NCBI RefSeq assembly: GCF_004010195.1
Contig: NC_057720.1
Location: 16,787,657 to 16,851,656 of the forward strand
Direction: 5' to 3'
DNA: 64,000 nucleotides
Origin: Chiloscyllium plagiosum
Taxonomy: Eukaryota
Made by a program: the position numbers and the translations under genes. Each line of letters opens with the position of its first letter. The first letter of the stretch is position 1. A model generated the notes under the pieces. It was not told the origin of the DNA. It searched no databases and saw only the letters and a program-made list of their open reading frames with translations. Positions 23,587-37,497 of the stretch are shown in pieces.

Positions 23587-26499
23587 AATAAGGCTGTTGA
23601 ACTCAGGGCATGCATTGAAACCTGGAACCAGGATGATGTCATAGCTGTTTCAGAAACTTGGCTGAGGGAAGGACAGGACTGGCATTCACTGTTCCAGGTT
23701 TCAAATGCTATAGGAAGGATAGAAAGGGAGACGAGAGTAGGAGGAGTGATGTTTTTGATTAAGCTAAACATTACTGCTGTAATTAAAGAGGATATTTCTG
23801 AGAGACCATGCATTGAAAATGTATGGGTTGAAATTAGACATAAGAAAGGGATGATCACCTTGATGGGATTGTACTATAGGCTCCCCAATAGTCAGAGAGA
23901 AATTGAGAAGCAAACATGTGCAGAGATCTCAGATATATAAGAATAATAGGATTGTCATAGTAAGGGATTTTAATTTTCCAAACACTGACTGGGACTGCTA
24001 TAGTTTTAAAGGTTTGTAAATGTTTGTAAATTTATAAATGTGTTCAAGAAATTTATTTTTATTAATATGTAAATGTTCCTACTAGATAAGGAACAAGACT
24101 TGACCTCTTGGGAAATAAGGAAGAGCAAGTGACAGTAGTGTTAGTCGGAGAACACTTTGAGACTAGGATTATAATTCTATTAATTTTAAAATATGATGTC
24201 AAAATGCTGGTGTGGGATTGGGGTTGACAAAGTCAGAACTCACACGACACCAGGTTATGGTCCAACAGGTTTATTTGAAACGACAAACTTTCAGAGCGCT
24301 GATCCTTCATCAGGTGAAGTTTTTCAGTTAAAGTTCTTAATTGGAGTAAGCTAAATTTTAATAGTATGAATACTTTCATAGACAAGAGCTTTCAAAAATC
24401 AATTGAAGTAGACTGTTCAGAGGTAAAGGGATGACTGATAAGTGGGAGAGGCTTTCAAAATTGTGATGATGAGAATTCAGATGCATTCTATTAGTGTTAG
24501 AGTGAAAGGTAATGCCAGTAAGATTAGGGAACAATTGATGAATAAAGTTATTGAGGTTTTCGTCAAGATTACAAAATATTTATATTTAGACAATAGGGAT
24601 TAAATGAATCTCTTGAAGAGGATAAAAAGTGTAGGGACATTTGTAAGAGGGAAATCAGAAAGGCTGAGGGGATATGAGATAGTCTTGGCAGATAATGTTA
24701 AGGATAAGCCAAAGAGATTCGACAAGTACATTAAAAGCTAGAGCATCTAGAGAGAGAGAGAGAGAGAGTAGGGCCCCTGAAAGATCAGGGAGATTGTCTT
24801 TGTATTGAACCTCAAGAGATGGGAGAGATTTTAAATGAATATTTAGCAACAGTTTTTACTGTGGAGAAAGAAATGGAGGCTAGAGAAGTCAAGGAAATAA
24901 ATATTGATGTTTTGAAAACAGTTCATGTTACAGAAGAGGAGGTGCTGGAGGTCTTAGAAAGCATAATGGTAGATAAATATCCCAGGATCAAGTGTATCCC
25001 AGGACCTTATGGGAAGTTAGGAAGGAAATTGCGGGGACCTTAGTAGAAATATTTTCACTACCTATAATCACAGGTAGGGTGCTGGAGAACTGCAGAGTGG
25101 CTACTGTGGTGCCTTTATTTCAGAAAGACTGTAAAGAGAAGCCAGTGAGCCTGACATTGGTGGCGTATAAGTTGTTGGAGGTGATTCTGAAAGATAAGGT
25201 TTACATGCATTTAGAGAGATAAGGAATGATTTGGGATAGTCAACATGGCTTTGTGCAAGGCACAAGCTTGATTGAAGTTTTTGAGAAAGTAACCAAAAAG
25301 ATTGAGGGTAGAGTGGTAGGCATTGTTTTCTTGGACTTTAATAAAGCCTTTGATAAGGTTCTGCATGGTAGACTAAATAGTGAAGTTGGATCACACGGGA
25401 TTCAGGGTGAGTTTGCCAATTGGATACAAAATAGGCTTTCCATTGGAAACAGGGTGGTGATGGAGGGCTCTTTTTCACACTAGAGACTTGTGACCAGCGG
25501 TGTTTCACAGGGATCAATACTGGTCCATTTTTGTTTATCATATATAGATGATTTGGATGAGAATGTAGGAGGCATGATTAGTAATTTTGCGGATGACACC
25601 AAAATCTGTGTATAGTGGACAGTGAAGAAGGTTATCTATAATTACAAAGGGATCTTGATCAATTGAGTCAGTAGGCTGAGGAATGGCAAGTGGAGTTTAA
25701 TTTGGATAAATGTGACATTCTGCATTTTGGTAAAATAAACAAGGGCAGAACTTAGACAATTAATGGCGGGGCCCTAGGTCATATTGTAGAACAGAGAGAC
25801 CTCGGGGTTCATGTACATAATTCTTTAAAATTTGTGTCACAGGTAGACAGGGTGGTTAAGATGGTGTTTAGCACACTTGCCTTCATTGCTCAGACCATGG
25901 ATTTATTGGAGTCGGGACATCATGATGAGATTGTACTGGACGTTGGTGAGGCCTTTTCTGGAGTACTGTGTGCAGTTCTGTTCTCCCTGTTCTAGGAAGG
26001 ATATTATTAAACTAGAGAATGTTCAGAAAAGATTTACCAGGATGTTGCTGGGAATGGAGGGCTTGAGTTATAAAAATAGGCTGATAATCTGGGACCTTTT
26101 TTCACTGGAGCATAGGAGGTTGACAGTTGACCTTATACAGGTTTATAAAATCATGAGGGGCACAGGTAAGGTTGAATAGCAAAGGCCTTTTCCCTAAGGT
26201 GGGGGTATTCAAAACTAAGGGGCATATTTTTAAGGTGAAAGGAGGAAGGTTTAAAAGGACATGAGAAACAACATTTTTACACAGAGAGTGGTTAGTGGTG
26301 TAATGAGCTGCCAGAGGAAGCAGTCGATGCAGGTATAGTTACCACATTTAAAGGACATCTAGATAAGCATATGAATAGGAAGGGTTTAGAGGGATATGGG
26401 ACAAATGCAGGCATGTGGGTCTAGTTTAGTTTAGGAACATTGTCAATGTGGACAAGTTGGCCTGAAGGGTTTGTTTCCATGCTGTATGACTCTATGACT
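23587..26499 (+). mobile_element. Degenerate CR1 ORF2 (endonuclease to 3' tail)
   Basis: VSETWLREGQDW, SQHGFVQG, FADDTK remnants; tatgactctatgact tail; (GA)n near 24750. Confidence 0.9.
24193..24320 (-). mobile_element. Penelope-type terminal fragment (fourth subfamily) with a decayed hammerhead motif
   Basis: Minus strand CAC-CTGATGA-A-GGATC-AGC-GCTCT-GAAA at 24316-24289, then AATAAA; interrupts the CR1. Confidence 0.6.
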
Positions 26500-29400
26500 T
26501 TAAAACTGGCCACAGATCAATTTGCTACTCAGCATTTCGGCAGCGGAGCTGAGTGGGAGCGGTCAAATTGCGCTTTGGGAAGATGAGTAAAGGCTATAAA
26601 TACTTAAAATCTGAACGTTGGGCCCTGATTTTGGCAGTGGAGCTAAGTGGGAGTGGTCAAATTATGCTCTGGGAGGGTGAGGGAACTAATATATTTGGGC
26701 AGTGGCTAATCCCGAGACACAACATGTGTAGTGTCTCCCACCAACCCCCTCCTCCAAACAAAAACAAAACTGTGTGTTGATAAGGTAAAGATTTTCTTTT
26801 TCTTTTTTATCATGTGCTGGTAAGTAGTGTGATTGGTAGTTTTTTTTTTCATTTCATTTATTTTTATTTGATATTGTAGTTGGACTAAGTTAAGCTTAAG
26901 AGTCAAAATGGCAGGAAATCCCAGACCCGTGTTATGCTACTCTTGGTCAATATGGGAGTTCAGGGATGCGGCTGATGTCCCTGATGCCTTCACTTGCCGG
27001 AAGTGTGTCCAGCTGCAGCTCTTGTTAGACCACATGACACCTCTGGAGCTGCGGATGGATTCACTTTGGAGCATCCGCGATGCTGAGGAGGTTGTGGATA
27101 GCATGTTTAGCGATTTGGTCACACCGCAAATTAGGATTGCTGAGGGAGAAAGGGAATGGCTGACCAAAAGGCAGAGAAAGGGCAGGAAGGCAGTGCAGGT
27201 GTCCCCTGCAGTCATCTCCGGCCAAAACAGGTATACCATTTTGGATACTGTTGATGGAGATGGCTCACTGGGGGAAGGCAGCAGTAGCTAGGTTCATGGC
27301 ACCATGGCTGGCTCTGCCATACCGAAGAGCAGGAAAAAGTGTGGAAGGGCTATAGTCATAGGGGATTCAATTGTAAGGGGAGTAGATAGGCAGTTCTGTG
27401 GTCGAAAATGAGATTCCCGAATGGTATCTTGCCTCCCAGGTCAGTGATGTCTCAGATCAGCTGCAGGACATTCTGAAAGGGTAGGGGGGTGCGATGGTGA
27501 ACAGCCAGCTGTCGTGCCTATAGGCACGAATGATATCGGTAATAAATGGGATGAGGTCCGACAAGCAGAATTTAGGGAGTTTAGTGCCAAGTTAAAAAGT
27601 AGGACCTCAGAGGTAGCAATCTCAGGATTGCGACCAGTGCCATGTACTAGTCAGTGTAGAAATGAAAGAATAGGTAGAATGAATTAGTGGCTTGAGAGAT
27701 GGTGCAGGAGGGAGGGGTTCAGATTTTTGGGACATTTGGACTGGATCTTGGGGAAAGTGGGACTCTTCCAGATCGGACGGTCGACACCTGGGCAAGACTA
27801 GAACCAATGTCCTCAGAGGTGCTTTTGTTAACATTGTTGGGGAGGGTTTAAACTCATGTGGCAGGGGGATGGAATCAAATGAGGAGATTAGTGGACAGTA
27901 AGGAGGTAGTAACTATGGACAACAGGTGAAATTATGAGACTAGCTAAGAGGAAAAAGGAAGCATACATAAGGTCTAGGTGACTGAAAACAGACAAAGTTT
28001 TGGAAGAATATGGGGAAAGTAGGACCAATCTGAAGTCAGTGTGACTAAGGGGAAGAGTAGGCAGGGAACAGATGATGAACGCAAAAGGACAGGTGGTCTG
28101 AGGTCCATTTGTTTTAATATGAGAAGTGTAGTAGGTAAGGCAGATGAACTTAGTACTTGGATTAGTACCTGGGAGTATGATGTTATTGCTATTACTGAGA
28201 CTTGGTTGCGGGAAGGGCAAGATTGGCAACTTTATATCCCAGGATATAGATGTTTCAGGCAGAATAGAGATGGAGGTAAAACAGGTGGAGGAGGTGCATT
28301 ACTGGTCAGAGAGGATATCACAGCTGTGTTGAAGAAGGGCACTACAGAAGACTCAAGCAGTGAGGCAATGTGGGCCGAGCTCAGAAATAGGAAGAGTGCA
28401 GCAACAATGTTGGAGCTTTACTACAGTCCGCTCAACAGTGAGCATGAAATAGAGGTACAAATATGTAGACAGTTTATGGAAAGATGTAGGAGCAACAGGG
28501 TGGGAGATTTTAGTTTTCCCAACATTGGCATGATTCGCTTAGTGTTAGAAGTTTAGATGGAGCAGAATTTGTAAGGAGCATCCAGGAGGGTTTTATAGAG
28601 CAGTATGTAAATAGTCTGAATCAGGACGGGGCCATACTGGGCCTGGTGTTGGGGAATGAGCCCGGCCAGGTAGTTGAAGTTTCAGTAGGGGATTACTTTG
28701 GGAATACTGATCACAATTTCGTAAGTTTTAGAATACCCATAAACAAAGATGAGAGTGATCCTGAAAGAAGAGTGCCAAACTGGGGAAAGGCCAATGATAG
28801 CAAAATTCAGCAGGAGCTGGGAAATGTAGATTGGGAGCAGCTGTTTGTTGTAAATCCACATTTGATATGTGGAAGGCTTTTAAAGAGAGGTTGAATAGAG
28901 TGCAAGATAGACATGTCACTGTGAAAGTGAGGGATAGAAATGGCAAGATTAGGGAACTATGGATAACAGGTGAAATTATGAGTCTAGCTAAGAGGAAAAA
29001 GGAAGCATACATCAGGTCGAGGTGACTGAAAACAGACAAAGTTTTGGAAGAATATGGGGAAAGTATGGGGACCAATCTGAAATGAGGAATTAAGAGGGCT
29101 AAAAGGGGTCATGAAATATCTTTAGCAAACTGGGTTAAGGAAAATCCCAAAGCCTTTTATTCATGTATAAGGAGCAAGAGGGTAACTGGAGCAAGGGTTA
29201 GCCCACTCAAAGACAGAGGAGAGAAGTTATGCATCGAGTCATACAAAATGTGAGAGATTCTTAATGAATATTTTGTGTCAGTATTCACTGAAGAGAGGGA
29301 CATGACGTGTGTTGAGGTTAGGGATAGATGTTTGATTACTCTAGGTCAAGTTGGCATAAGAAGGGAGGAAGTGTTGGCTATTCTAAAAGGCATTAAGGTT

Positions 29401-30616
29401 GATAAGTCCCCAGGTCCAGATGGGATCTATCCCAGGTTATTGAGAGAAGCGAGAGAGGAAATAGGTGGGGCCTTAACATATCTTTGCAGCATCTTTGAAC
29501 ATGCATGAGGTCCCAGAGGACTGGAGAATTGCTAATGTTGTCCCCTTGTTTAAGAAGGGTAGCAAGGATAATCCAGGTAATTATAGACCAGTAAGCCTGA
29601 CGTCAGTGGTAGGGAAGCTGAGGGAGAAGATAATGAGGGGTAGGATCTATTTACATTTGGAAGAAAATGGGCTTATCAGTGATAAGCAACATTGTTTTGT
29701 GCAGAGAAGGTCATGTCTTACCAACTTGATCGAGTTCTTTGAGGAAGTGACAAAGGTGATTGATGAGGGAAGGGCTATAGATGTCGTATACGTGGACTTC
29801 AGTAAGGCCTTTGTAGGCTGACAGAGAAAGTGAAGTTGCATGGAGTCCAGGGTGTACTAGCTAGATGGATAAAGAACTGGCTGGGCAACAGGATACAGAG
29901 AGTTGTAATGGAAGGGAGTTTCTCAAAGTGGAGAACTGTGACCAGAAGTATTCCACAGGGATCTGTGCTGGGACCACCTTTGTTTGTGATATACATAAAT
30001 GATCTGGAAGAAGGTATAGGTGGTCTGATTTGCAGGTTTGCAGATGATACTAAGATTGGTGGAGTAGCAGATAGTGAAGGAGACTGTCAGAGAATGCAGC
30101 AGAATATAGATAGATTGGAGAGTTGGGCAGATAAATGGCTGATGGAGTTCATTCCAGGCAAATGCGAGGTGATGCATTATGGAAGATCCCATTCAAGAGA
30201 GAACTATACAGTAAATGAAAAGCTCTGGGGAAAATTGATGTACAGACAGATCTGGGTGTTAAGGTCCATTGGACCCTGAAGGTGGGAATGCAGGTCAATA
30301 GAGTGGTCAAGAAGGCATATGGCATGCTTTCCTTCATCGGGCAGGGTATTGAGAATAAGAGTTGGCAGGTCATGTTACAGTTGTATAGGACTTTGGTTCG
30401 GCCATATTTGGAGTACTACATACAATTCTAGTTGCCACATTACCAAAAGGATGTGGATGCTTTGGAGAGGATGCAGAGGAGGTTCACCAGAATGTTGTCT
30501 TATATGGAGGGCGCTTGCTGTGAAGAGAGGTTAAGTAGATTAGGATTATTTTCATTAGAAAGACGAAATTGGTTTGGTGGGGGGGAAGGGGGGGTTGAAC
30601 CTGATTGAGGTCTACT

Positions 30617-32492
30617 AAATCAAAAGAGTCATAGAGTCATAGAGATGTACATCATGGAAACAGACCCTTCGGTCCAACCAGATGCCGACCAGATGTCCCA
30701 ACCCAATCGAGTCCCACCTGCCAGCACCCGGTCCATATCCCTCCAAACCCTTCCTATTCATATACCCATCTAAATGCCTCTTAAATGTTGCAATTGTCCC
30801 AGCCTCCACCACATCCTCAGGCAGCACGTTCCATACACGTACCACCCTCTGTGTGAAAAACTTGCCCCTTAGGTCTCTTTTATATCTTTCCCTTCTCACC
30901 CTAAATCTATGTCCTCTAGTTCTGGACTCCCCAACCCCAGAGAAAAGACTTTGTCTATTTATCCGATCCATGCCCCTCATAATTTTGTAAACCTCTATAA
31001 GGTCACCCCTCAGCCTCCAACGCTCCAGGGAAAACAGCCCCAGCCTGTTTAGCCTCTCCCTGTAGCTCAGATCCTCCAACCCTGACAACATCCTTGTAAA
31101 TCTTTTCTGAACCCTTTCAAGTTTCACAACATCTTTCCAATAGGAAGGAGACCAGAATTGCATGGAGTATTCCAACAGTGGCCTAACCAATGTCCTGTAC
31201 AGCTGCAACATGACCTCCCAACTCCTGTACTCAATACTCTGACCAATAAAGGAAAGTATACCAAACACCTTCTTCACTAGGCTATCGACCTGCGACTCCA
31301 ACTTTCAAGGAGCTATGAACCTGCACTCCAAGGTCTCTTTGTTCAGCAACACTCTCTAGGACCTTACCATTAAGTATATAAGTCCNNNNNNNNNNNNNNN
31401 NNNNNNNNNNNNNNNNNNNNNNNNNNNNNNNNNNNNNNNNNNNNNNNNNNNNNNNNNNNNNNNNNNNNNNNNNNNNNNNNNNNNNNNNNNNNNNNNNNNN
31501 NNNNNNNNNNNNNNNNNNNNNNNNNNNNNNNNNNNNNNNNNNNNNNNNNNNNNNNNNNNNNNNNNNNNNNNNNNNNNNNNNNNNNNNNNNNNNNNNNNNN
31601 NNNNNNNNNNNNNNNNNNNNNNNNNNNNNNNNNNNNNNNNNNNNNNNNNNNNNNNNNNNNNNNNNNNNNNNNNNNNNNNNNNNNNNNNNNNNNNNNNNNN
31701 NNNNNNNNNNNNNNNNNNNNNNNNNNNNNNNNNNNNNNNNNNNNNNNNNNNNNNNNNNNNNNNNNNNNNNNNNNNNNNNNNNNNNNNNNNNNNNNNNNNN
31801 NNNNNNNNNNNNNNNNNNNNNNNNNNNNNNNNNNNNNNNNNNNNNNNNNNNNNNNNNNNNNNNNNNNNNNNNNNNNNNNNNNNNNNNNNNNNNNNNNNNN
31901 NNNNNNNNNNNNNNNNNNNNNNNNNNNNNNNNNNNNNNNNNNNNNNNNNNNNNNNNNNNNNNNNNNNNNNNNNNNNNNNNNNNNNNNNNNNNNNNNNNNN
32001 NNNNNNNNNNNNNNNNNNNNNNNNNNNNNNNNNNNNNNNNNNNNNNNNNNNNNNNNNNNNNNNNNNNNNNNNNNNNNNNNNNNNNNNNNNNNNNNNNNNN
32101 NNNNNNNNNNNNNNNNNNNNNNNNNNNNNNNNNNNNNNNNNNNNNNNNNNNNNNNNNNNNNNNNNNNNNNNNNNNNNNNNNNNNNNNNNNNNNNNNNNNN
32201 NNNNNNNNNNNNNNNNNNNCCTTTGGATTCTCCTTAATTCTATTTGCCAAAGCTATCTCATGTCCCCGTTTTGCCCTCCTGATTTCCCTCTTAAGTATAC
32301 TCCTACTTCCTTTATACTCTTCTAAGGATTCACTCGATCTATCTTGTCTATACCTGACATATGCTTCCTTCTTTTTCTGAACCAAGCCCTCAATTTCTTA
32401 AGTCATCCAGCATTCCCTATACCTACCAGCCTTCCCTTTCACCCTGACGGGAATATACTTTCTCTGGATTCTTGTTATCTCATTTCTGAAGG
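30617..32492 (-). mobile_element. Young CR1 inserted antisense into the preceding CR1 (spans a gap)
   Basis: Intact 228-aa C-terminal ORF at 30615-31301; gagtcatagagtcatagag tail; 32220-32492 nearly identical to 1108-1380. Confidence 0.9.
31386..32219. other. Assembly gap (834 N)
   Basis: Run of N. Confidence 1.
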
Positions 32493-32886
32493 TGGATATC
32501 AAGAAGCTTTTTCCCAGAGTGGAGGACTCAATTATTACAGGTCACAAGTTCAAGGTGAGAGGGGAAAAGTTGAAAGGAGATATGCCTGAAAAGTTCTTTA
32601 TGCAGAGGGTGGTGGATGCCTGGAACACGTTGCCAGCAGAGGTTGTAGAAGTGGGCATGATAGCGTCATTTAAGATGTATCTAGACGGATACAGAATGGG
32701 CAGGGAGCAGAGGAATACAGATCCTTGGGAAATAGATGACAGGTTTAGATAGAGGATCTGGATTAGCGCAGACTTGGAGGGCTGAAGGGCCTATTACTGT
32801 GCTGTAATTTTCTTTATTTTTTGTACTCATTACCAACCAAAGCTCCATTTGTAGACAACCTTTCAGCTACAATTTGTCTGCAAGCT

Positions 32887-33805
32887 GTAATGATTGTAAT
32901 GAGATCAGCCAAATGGACCTCATAGAAAATGAGTTTCCTGATTTGGCTGTTAATCTCGTCCAATCAGGGTGCCCTGGCTGACAGATAAGAACAGGACTTC
33001 TTGTTCTGTGCGCTGTGGAGTCCGTGGACCATGTGTATATTGGGTGTGGGCGTTTGCACTCCCTTTTTTATTTTCTTAAAAACCTCCTCCTCTGCTTTTG
33101 GTTGCACTTCAGTCCCACGCTCCTGATCTTCGGGTACCCGATACGGAGGAGGGAGGGCAGGTCTGAAGACCTCCTCGTGGGTCTGCTCCTGGGCCTGGCC
33201 AAACTGGCCATCAACAGGTCGAGGCAGCGGGCTGTGGAGGGGGTTGTTAGGGCCGACTTCCTGCCTCTCTTCCGCGGTTACGTTAGAGCCCGGGTGTCCT
33301 TGGAGAAGGAGCACACGGTTTCCATCAACATCCTGGAGTTGTTCAGGGAGAGGTGGGCGCCGCAGGGAGTGGAGTGCATTATTTCCCCCTCCAACTCTAT
33401 TTTGATTTAATCCCTGCCCTCCCCTTCACTGTTTTGATCACACAGCACTGCCTTTTGTGAAGGGCAGTGTTTGTCACTGGCCACTCGGGTGTTTCCTTTC
33501 TTCCTGGTGGTGAAAATTGAATAAAGATTCGTACACCTTGTGTCTCTCACTGTGTCTCACACCTGCACACACACAACATGGGTGCTGGGGAAAAAATAAG
33601 CACTACCGCAGTTAGGCGGTAGAGTGGGAGTTAATAAAGGAAAGAAAAAGAAAAAGAAAATAAAAAGAAAGACAAAAAGAACAGGACTGTCAGACATCTG
33701 TTCTTTCTGGGAGCTGGCTTGAGGGATCAGTGTTGAAGACTCTCCACATATAAATAGAGGGTGACTTGGTGATGGGATGCACACCTCTGAGGAGTTATTT
33801 CACAA
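32887..33805 (+). mobile_element. Solo LTR (TG...CA) split by a Tx1-like insertion
   Basis: Starts tgtaatg, contains a CCAAT box, ends ttatttcaca; the halves rejoin across the 12-bp TSD. Confidence 0.55.
32999..33676 (+). mobile_element. Tx1-clade (L1 superfamily) LINE 3' fragment with an A-rich tail
   Basis: C-terminal C..ESVDHVYIGC knuckle and LLLGLAKLAINRSR; AATAAA plus A-rich tail; TSD aagaacaggact at 32987-32998 and 33677-33688. Confidence 0.82.
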
Positions 33806-35068
33806 ACTATACAACTACACAAACAGCAGCTGTGTGAACAGTATTTACAATGACTGACAGGTTATTTACTTTTAAAAGCATGCAGCAATCCTTCAGCAAT
33901 AATTGGTTTTAAAAGCTATTACCTCGTTTTAGTCCACCATTAAAAATAGAGGATAATAAAAAGACAGTCTATTCAGTATACGCCTTTTGTGTCATCCTCA
34001 CCACTTGTCCTCCCCACCTATTTTTGAGTCATCTGCAATCTTGGCCAGAGCACATTTATTTTCCTCACCAAGTCATTTGGATAGATGGTAGATTGCTTGA
34101 AAGATGACAAATTAGTTACATAAGTCGGGTGGAGAAGCTGAAGTTGTTCTCTTAGCTTTCTTTGCTTGAAAGAGACATGATAGTGGTGTTTAACATCATG
34201 AAGGATTAAATTAGAGTTATTGAGAGAAATTATTTCCAATGGCTGACAGCTTAATAACTAGAGGGCACAATCCAAGATGAACAGCAGAAGAATCAGATGA
34301 TTTGAGGAAAAAATATCCTAAACAATATACATTTATAATGCACTGCCTGATATTCTTCAAAATGAAATTAGATAAGTATTCAAAGGAAAATAATTGCAGG
34401 GACATGAGAAAAGAGTTGGAATAACCAGATTGCTCCTCAAAAGGACCAACAAGACTTAACAAACTGAATTGAAACCAACAAATGCTGGAGATCACAGTGG
34501 GTCAGGCAGCATCCATGGAGAGAGAATGGTGGCCACCTTATGTTGAACTATTTTCTGATTAGGCAAGGATGATTTTTCATCGAAAGTTAAGGTCTTGGCA
34601 GGTGAAGTGAATGTGGACCATCATCGCAGCAGTTGATTTTTGCAATGTTGTTAAATCTGGAATAAAAACGTTCCTGATACCCATGCTGGCTTGCAGAGGA
34701 ATATCCAGATGGAGTTTGAAAAAACAATTTAATTGAGATTTTACAAGTTTTGAGAACATGCCATTTGGTATTTATTACAAACTCCTAAAAACTAATCTGA
34801 CACATATTGGAAAGTTTGGAGTCTCGTTCACTGCTTTGATATATGGCTGACCTTTGAAAGACAAAAAAAAATAATCAATTGCAGTCTGTTTTATATAGAA
34901 TGAGGTTAGGTTTCATATTTTATGCAATATGGAATTCATTGTACTCAGTTTCTGACTACTTTATTAAATGGTGTTTTAAAGTCATAGAGATCTACTGCAC
35001 AGAAAAAGACCCTTCATCCCGTTGCATATGCAATGGTCAAAAAAACCACCAAACAGTACAGTTTTTGT

Positions 35069-35830
35069 TCATAAGACCATAAGACATAGGAGAGGAAGTA
35101 AGGCCATTCGGCCCATCGAGTCCACTCCGCCATTCAATCATGGCTGATGGGCATTTCAACTCCACTTACCCGCATTCTCCCCGTAGCCCTTAATTCCTTG
35201 TGACATCAAGAATTTATCAATTTCTGCCTTGAAGACATTTAGCGTCCCAGCCTCCACTGCACTCTGTGGCAATGAATTCCACAGACCCACCACTCTCTGG
35301 CTGAAGAAATGTCTCCGCATTTCTGTCCTGAATTTACCCCCTCTAATTCTAAGGCTGTGTCCACGGGTACTAGTCTCCTCGCCTAACGGAAACAATTTCC
35401 TAGCATCCACCCTTTCCAAGCCATGTATTATCTTGTAAGCTTCTATTAGATCTCCCCTTAATCTTCCAAACTCCAATGAATACAATCCCAGGATCCTCAG
35501 CCGTTCCTCATATGTTAGACCTACCATTCCAGGGATCATCCGCATGAATCTCCGCTGGACACGGTCCAATGCCAGTATGTCCTTCCTGAGGTGTGGGGAC
35601 CAAAACTGGACACAGTACTCCAAATGGGGCCTAACCAGAGCTTTATAAAGTCTCAGTAGCACAACAGTGCTCTTATATTCCAACCCTCTTGAGATAATTG
35701 ACAACATTGCATTCGTTTTCTTAATCACGGACTCAACCTGCATGTTTACCTTTAGAGAATCCTTAACTAGCACTCCCAGATCCCTCTGTGCTTTGGTTTT
35801 ACGAATTTTCTCACCGTTTAGAAAGTAGTC
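35069..35830 (-). mobile_element. Young CR1-type 3' fragment with an intact 205-aa C-terminus
   Basis: LVRPHLEYCVQFWSPHLRKD; cataagaccataagac tail; 8-bp TSD agtttttg. Confidence 0.9.
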
Positions 35831-36934
35831 AAGTTTTTGAACTTTATTTCTAAGATTTCAAATGCAAAATTATGCAACATAGTGTTGAAAGGGGAAATGG
35901 GAAAAAAAAAGTAAGTGTCTTGTGATCTGGTGAAAGTGACATCTTGACAAAAGTGCTACAAAATCATAAGATGTGGGAACAGAGTAGGCCAATTCAGTTC
36001 AACAACTCTGCTCCACCATTCAACTCAATTAGTAATCTTTCACTGACACTGACCCTGCAATTGTCACAATGTACTACATTTTGTTTCACTAGAGCCGAGA
36101 AATTCGTTCCTCCCAGTGTCAGGTTTGAACCTAGCAGGTATACAATCTGCTTTACCAAAACTGATGTTAAACATAACCATACAGCAGCAGTACTCCTGCA
36201 TTATAAGGATATGATCAATGTTCTACAGATGGCATTTCTTCCCGAGGAGACAATGCATCAATTAAAGCAGGTGAAGCAGCGCAGTGCAAAGGCAGCAGAA
36301 GACCCTGGTGGGGTTAGGAATTATTAGAAGGTGGGACAAGCAGTATCTGGTGGCAGCCTGCAGTGTTAAAGCAGAGTTGTGAGGAAGGCCCTACCTCCCA
36401 AGCACCATGTGTCAATAAGTAAACTTTGCTTTTTGAAATAATATCCAGAAATTCCTTTAAGATTCATTCGTTTCATTTTTGCAAGCCTTAGACAAATGTC
36501 CACAGCTTTTATATCATATCAATTACTTCTCAACTATAATTACAATATTATCAAATCTGTTTTGGAAATGGCTCTGGAAAAAGTTTTTGAGAGTTATTGT
36601 CTATTTTAGATGGGCATGCAGAATGACTTAAGCTATTCCATAACCAAAATTATGTGCAGTGTGTATCCAACATCAAAAGAGTGAATACAGGATGCAGATC
36701 TTAAGAACTTGATACTTTGGCTGACTGAGCAAGCCTTTTAAAATCCACTTTCCAGAATGTAATCATAGATTTTTCACTTTTTAAAGTTTGATTTCATTTT
36801 CTGATGAGAGAACAGGATTGATGATGTTGGCTGAGTGAAGGGAAATGGTAAGTGGTGGTAAATAGCTGTTTTTCAGACTAGAGCAAGATAGTACATTGGG
36901 TTTCCCCACGGATAAGTACCAGGACCATTGCCAT

Positions 36935-37335
36935 TTATTTTTCATTCATGGGATGTGGGCATTTCTGGCTGGTCAGCATTTATTGTCTGTACTGACTTGC
37001 CCTTGAGAAGATGGCGGTGAGCTGCCTTCTTGAACTGCAATCCATGTGCTGTCAGTTCACCGACAATACCCTTAGGAAGGGAATTCCATGATTTTAACCC
37101 AGTGAAAGTGAAGAATGTGATATATTCCCAAGTCAGGATTGTGAGTGGCTTGTTGGGATGTGCAGGTATTGGTGTTCCCACGTATCTATTGCCCTTGGCC
37201 TTCTAAATGGAAATGATCATGGACTTAGAAAATGCTGTCGAAGGATCATTGGTGAATTTCTGCAGTGTATCTTATATATAGTACTGTACACACTACTGCT
37301 ACTGAGCATCACTGGTGGAGGGAATGGATGCTTGT
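36935..37335 (-). mobile_element. 3' end of the LINE family associated with the Deu-type SINE
   Basis: SWNSLP...FKKAAHRHLLKG; its tail (cccacatcccatgaatgaaaaataaa on minus) matches the SINE tail at 47061-47133. Confidence 0.75.
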
Positions 37336-37497
37336 GGATGCAGGTGGGAGACAATGGCTTCATGGTATATTTGCTAGATTGTTAATCCAGAAAATCAGCT
37401 AATGTGGTGAAATTTAAATTCAACAAAAAACGTCTGGAATTAAGAATCTACTTCTGACCATGAAACCATTGTCGATTGTCAGAAAAATCCAACTAGG

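Larger units (their letters stand above)
26700..32820 (+). mobile_element. Full-length but inactivated CR1 LINE: 5'UTR, ORF1 from 26908 (zinc finger, leucine zipper, GDS esterase), ORF2 EN-RT at about 28040-30615 plus 32493-32750
   Basis: [49 protein letters not shown]; many stops and frameshifts. Confidence 0.92.

Noticed and set aside
31282..32385. 367-aa ORF, and the ORFs at 2159-2494
   Set aside because: Artefacts of translating through N gaps
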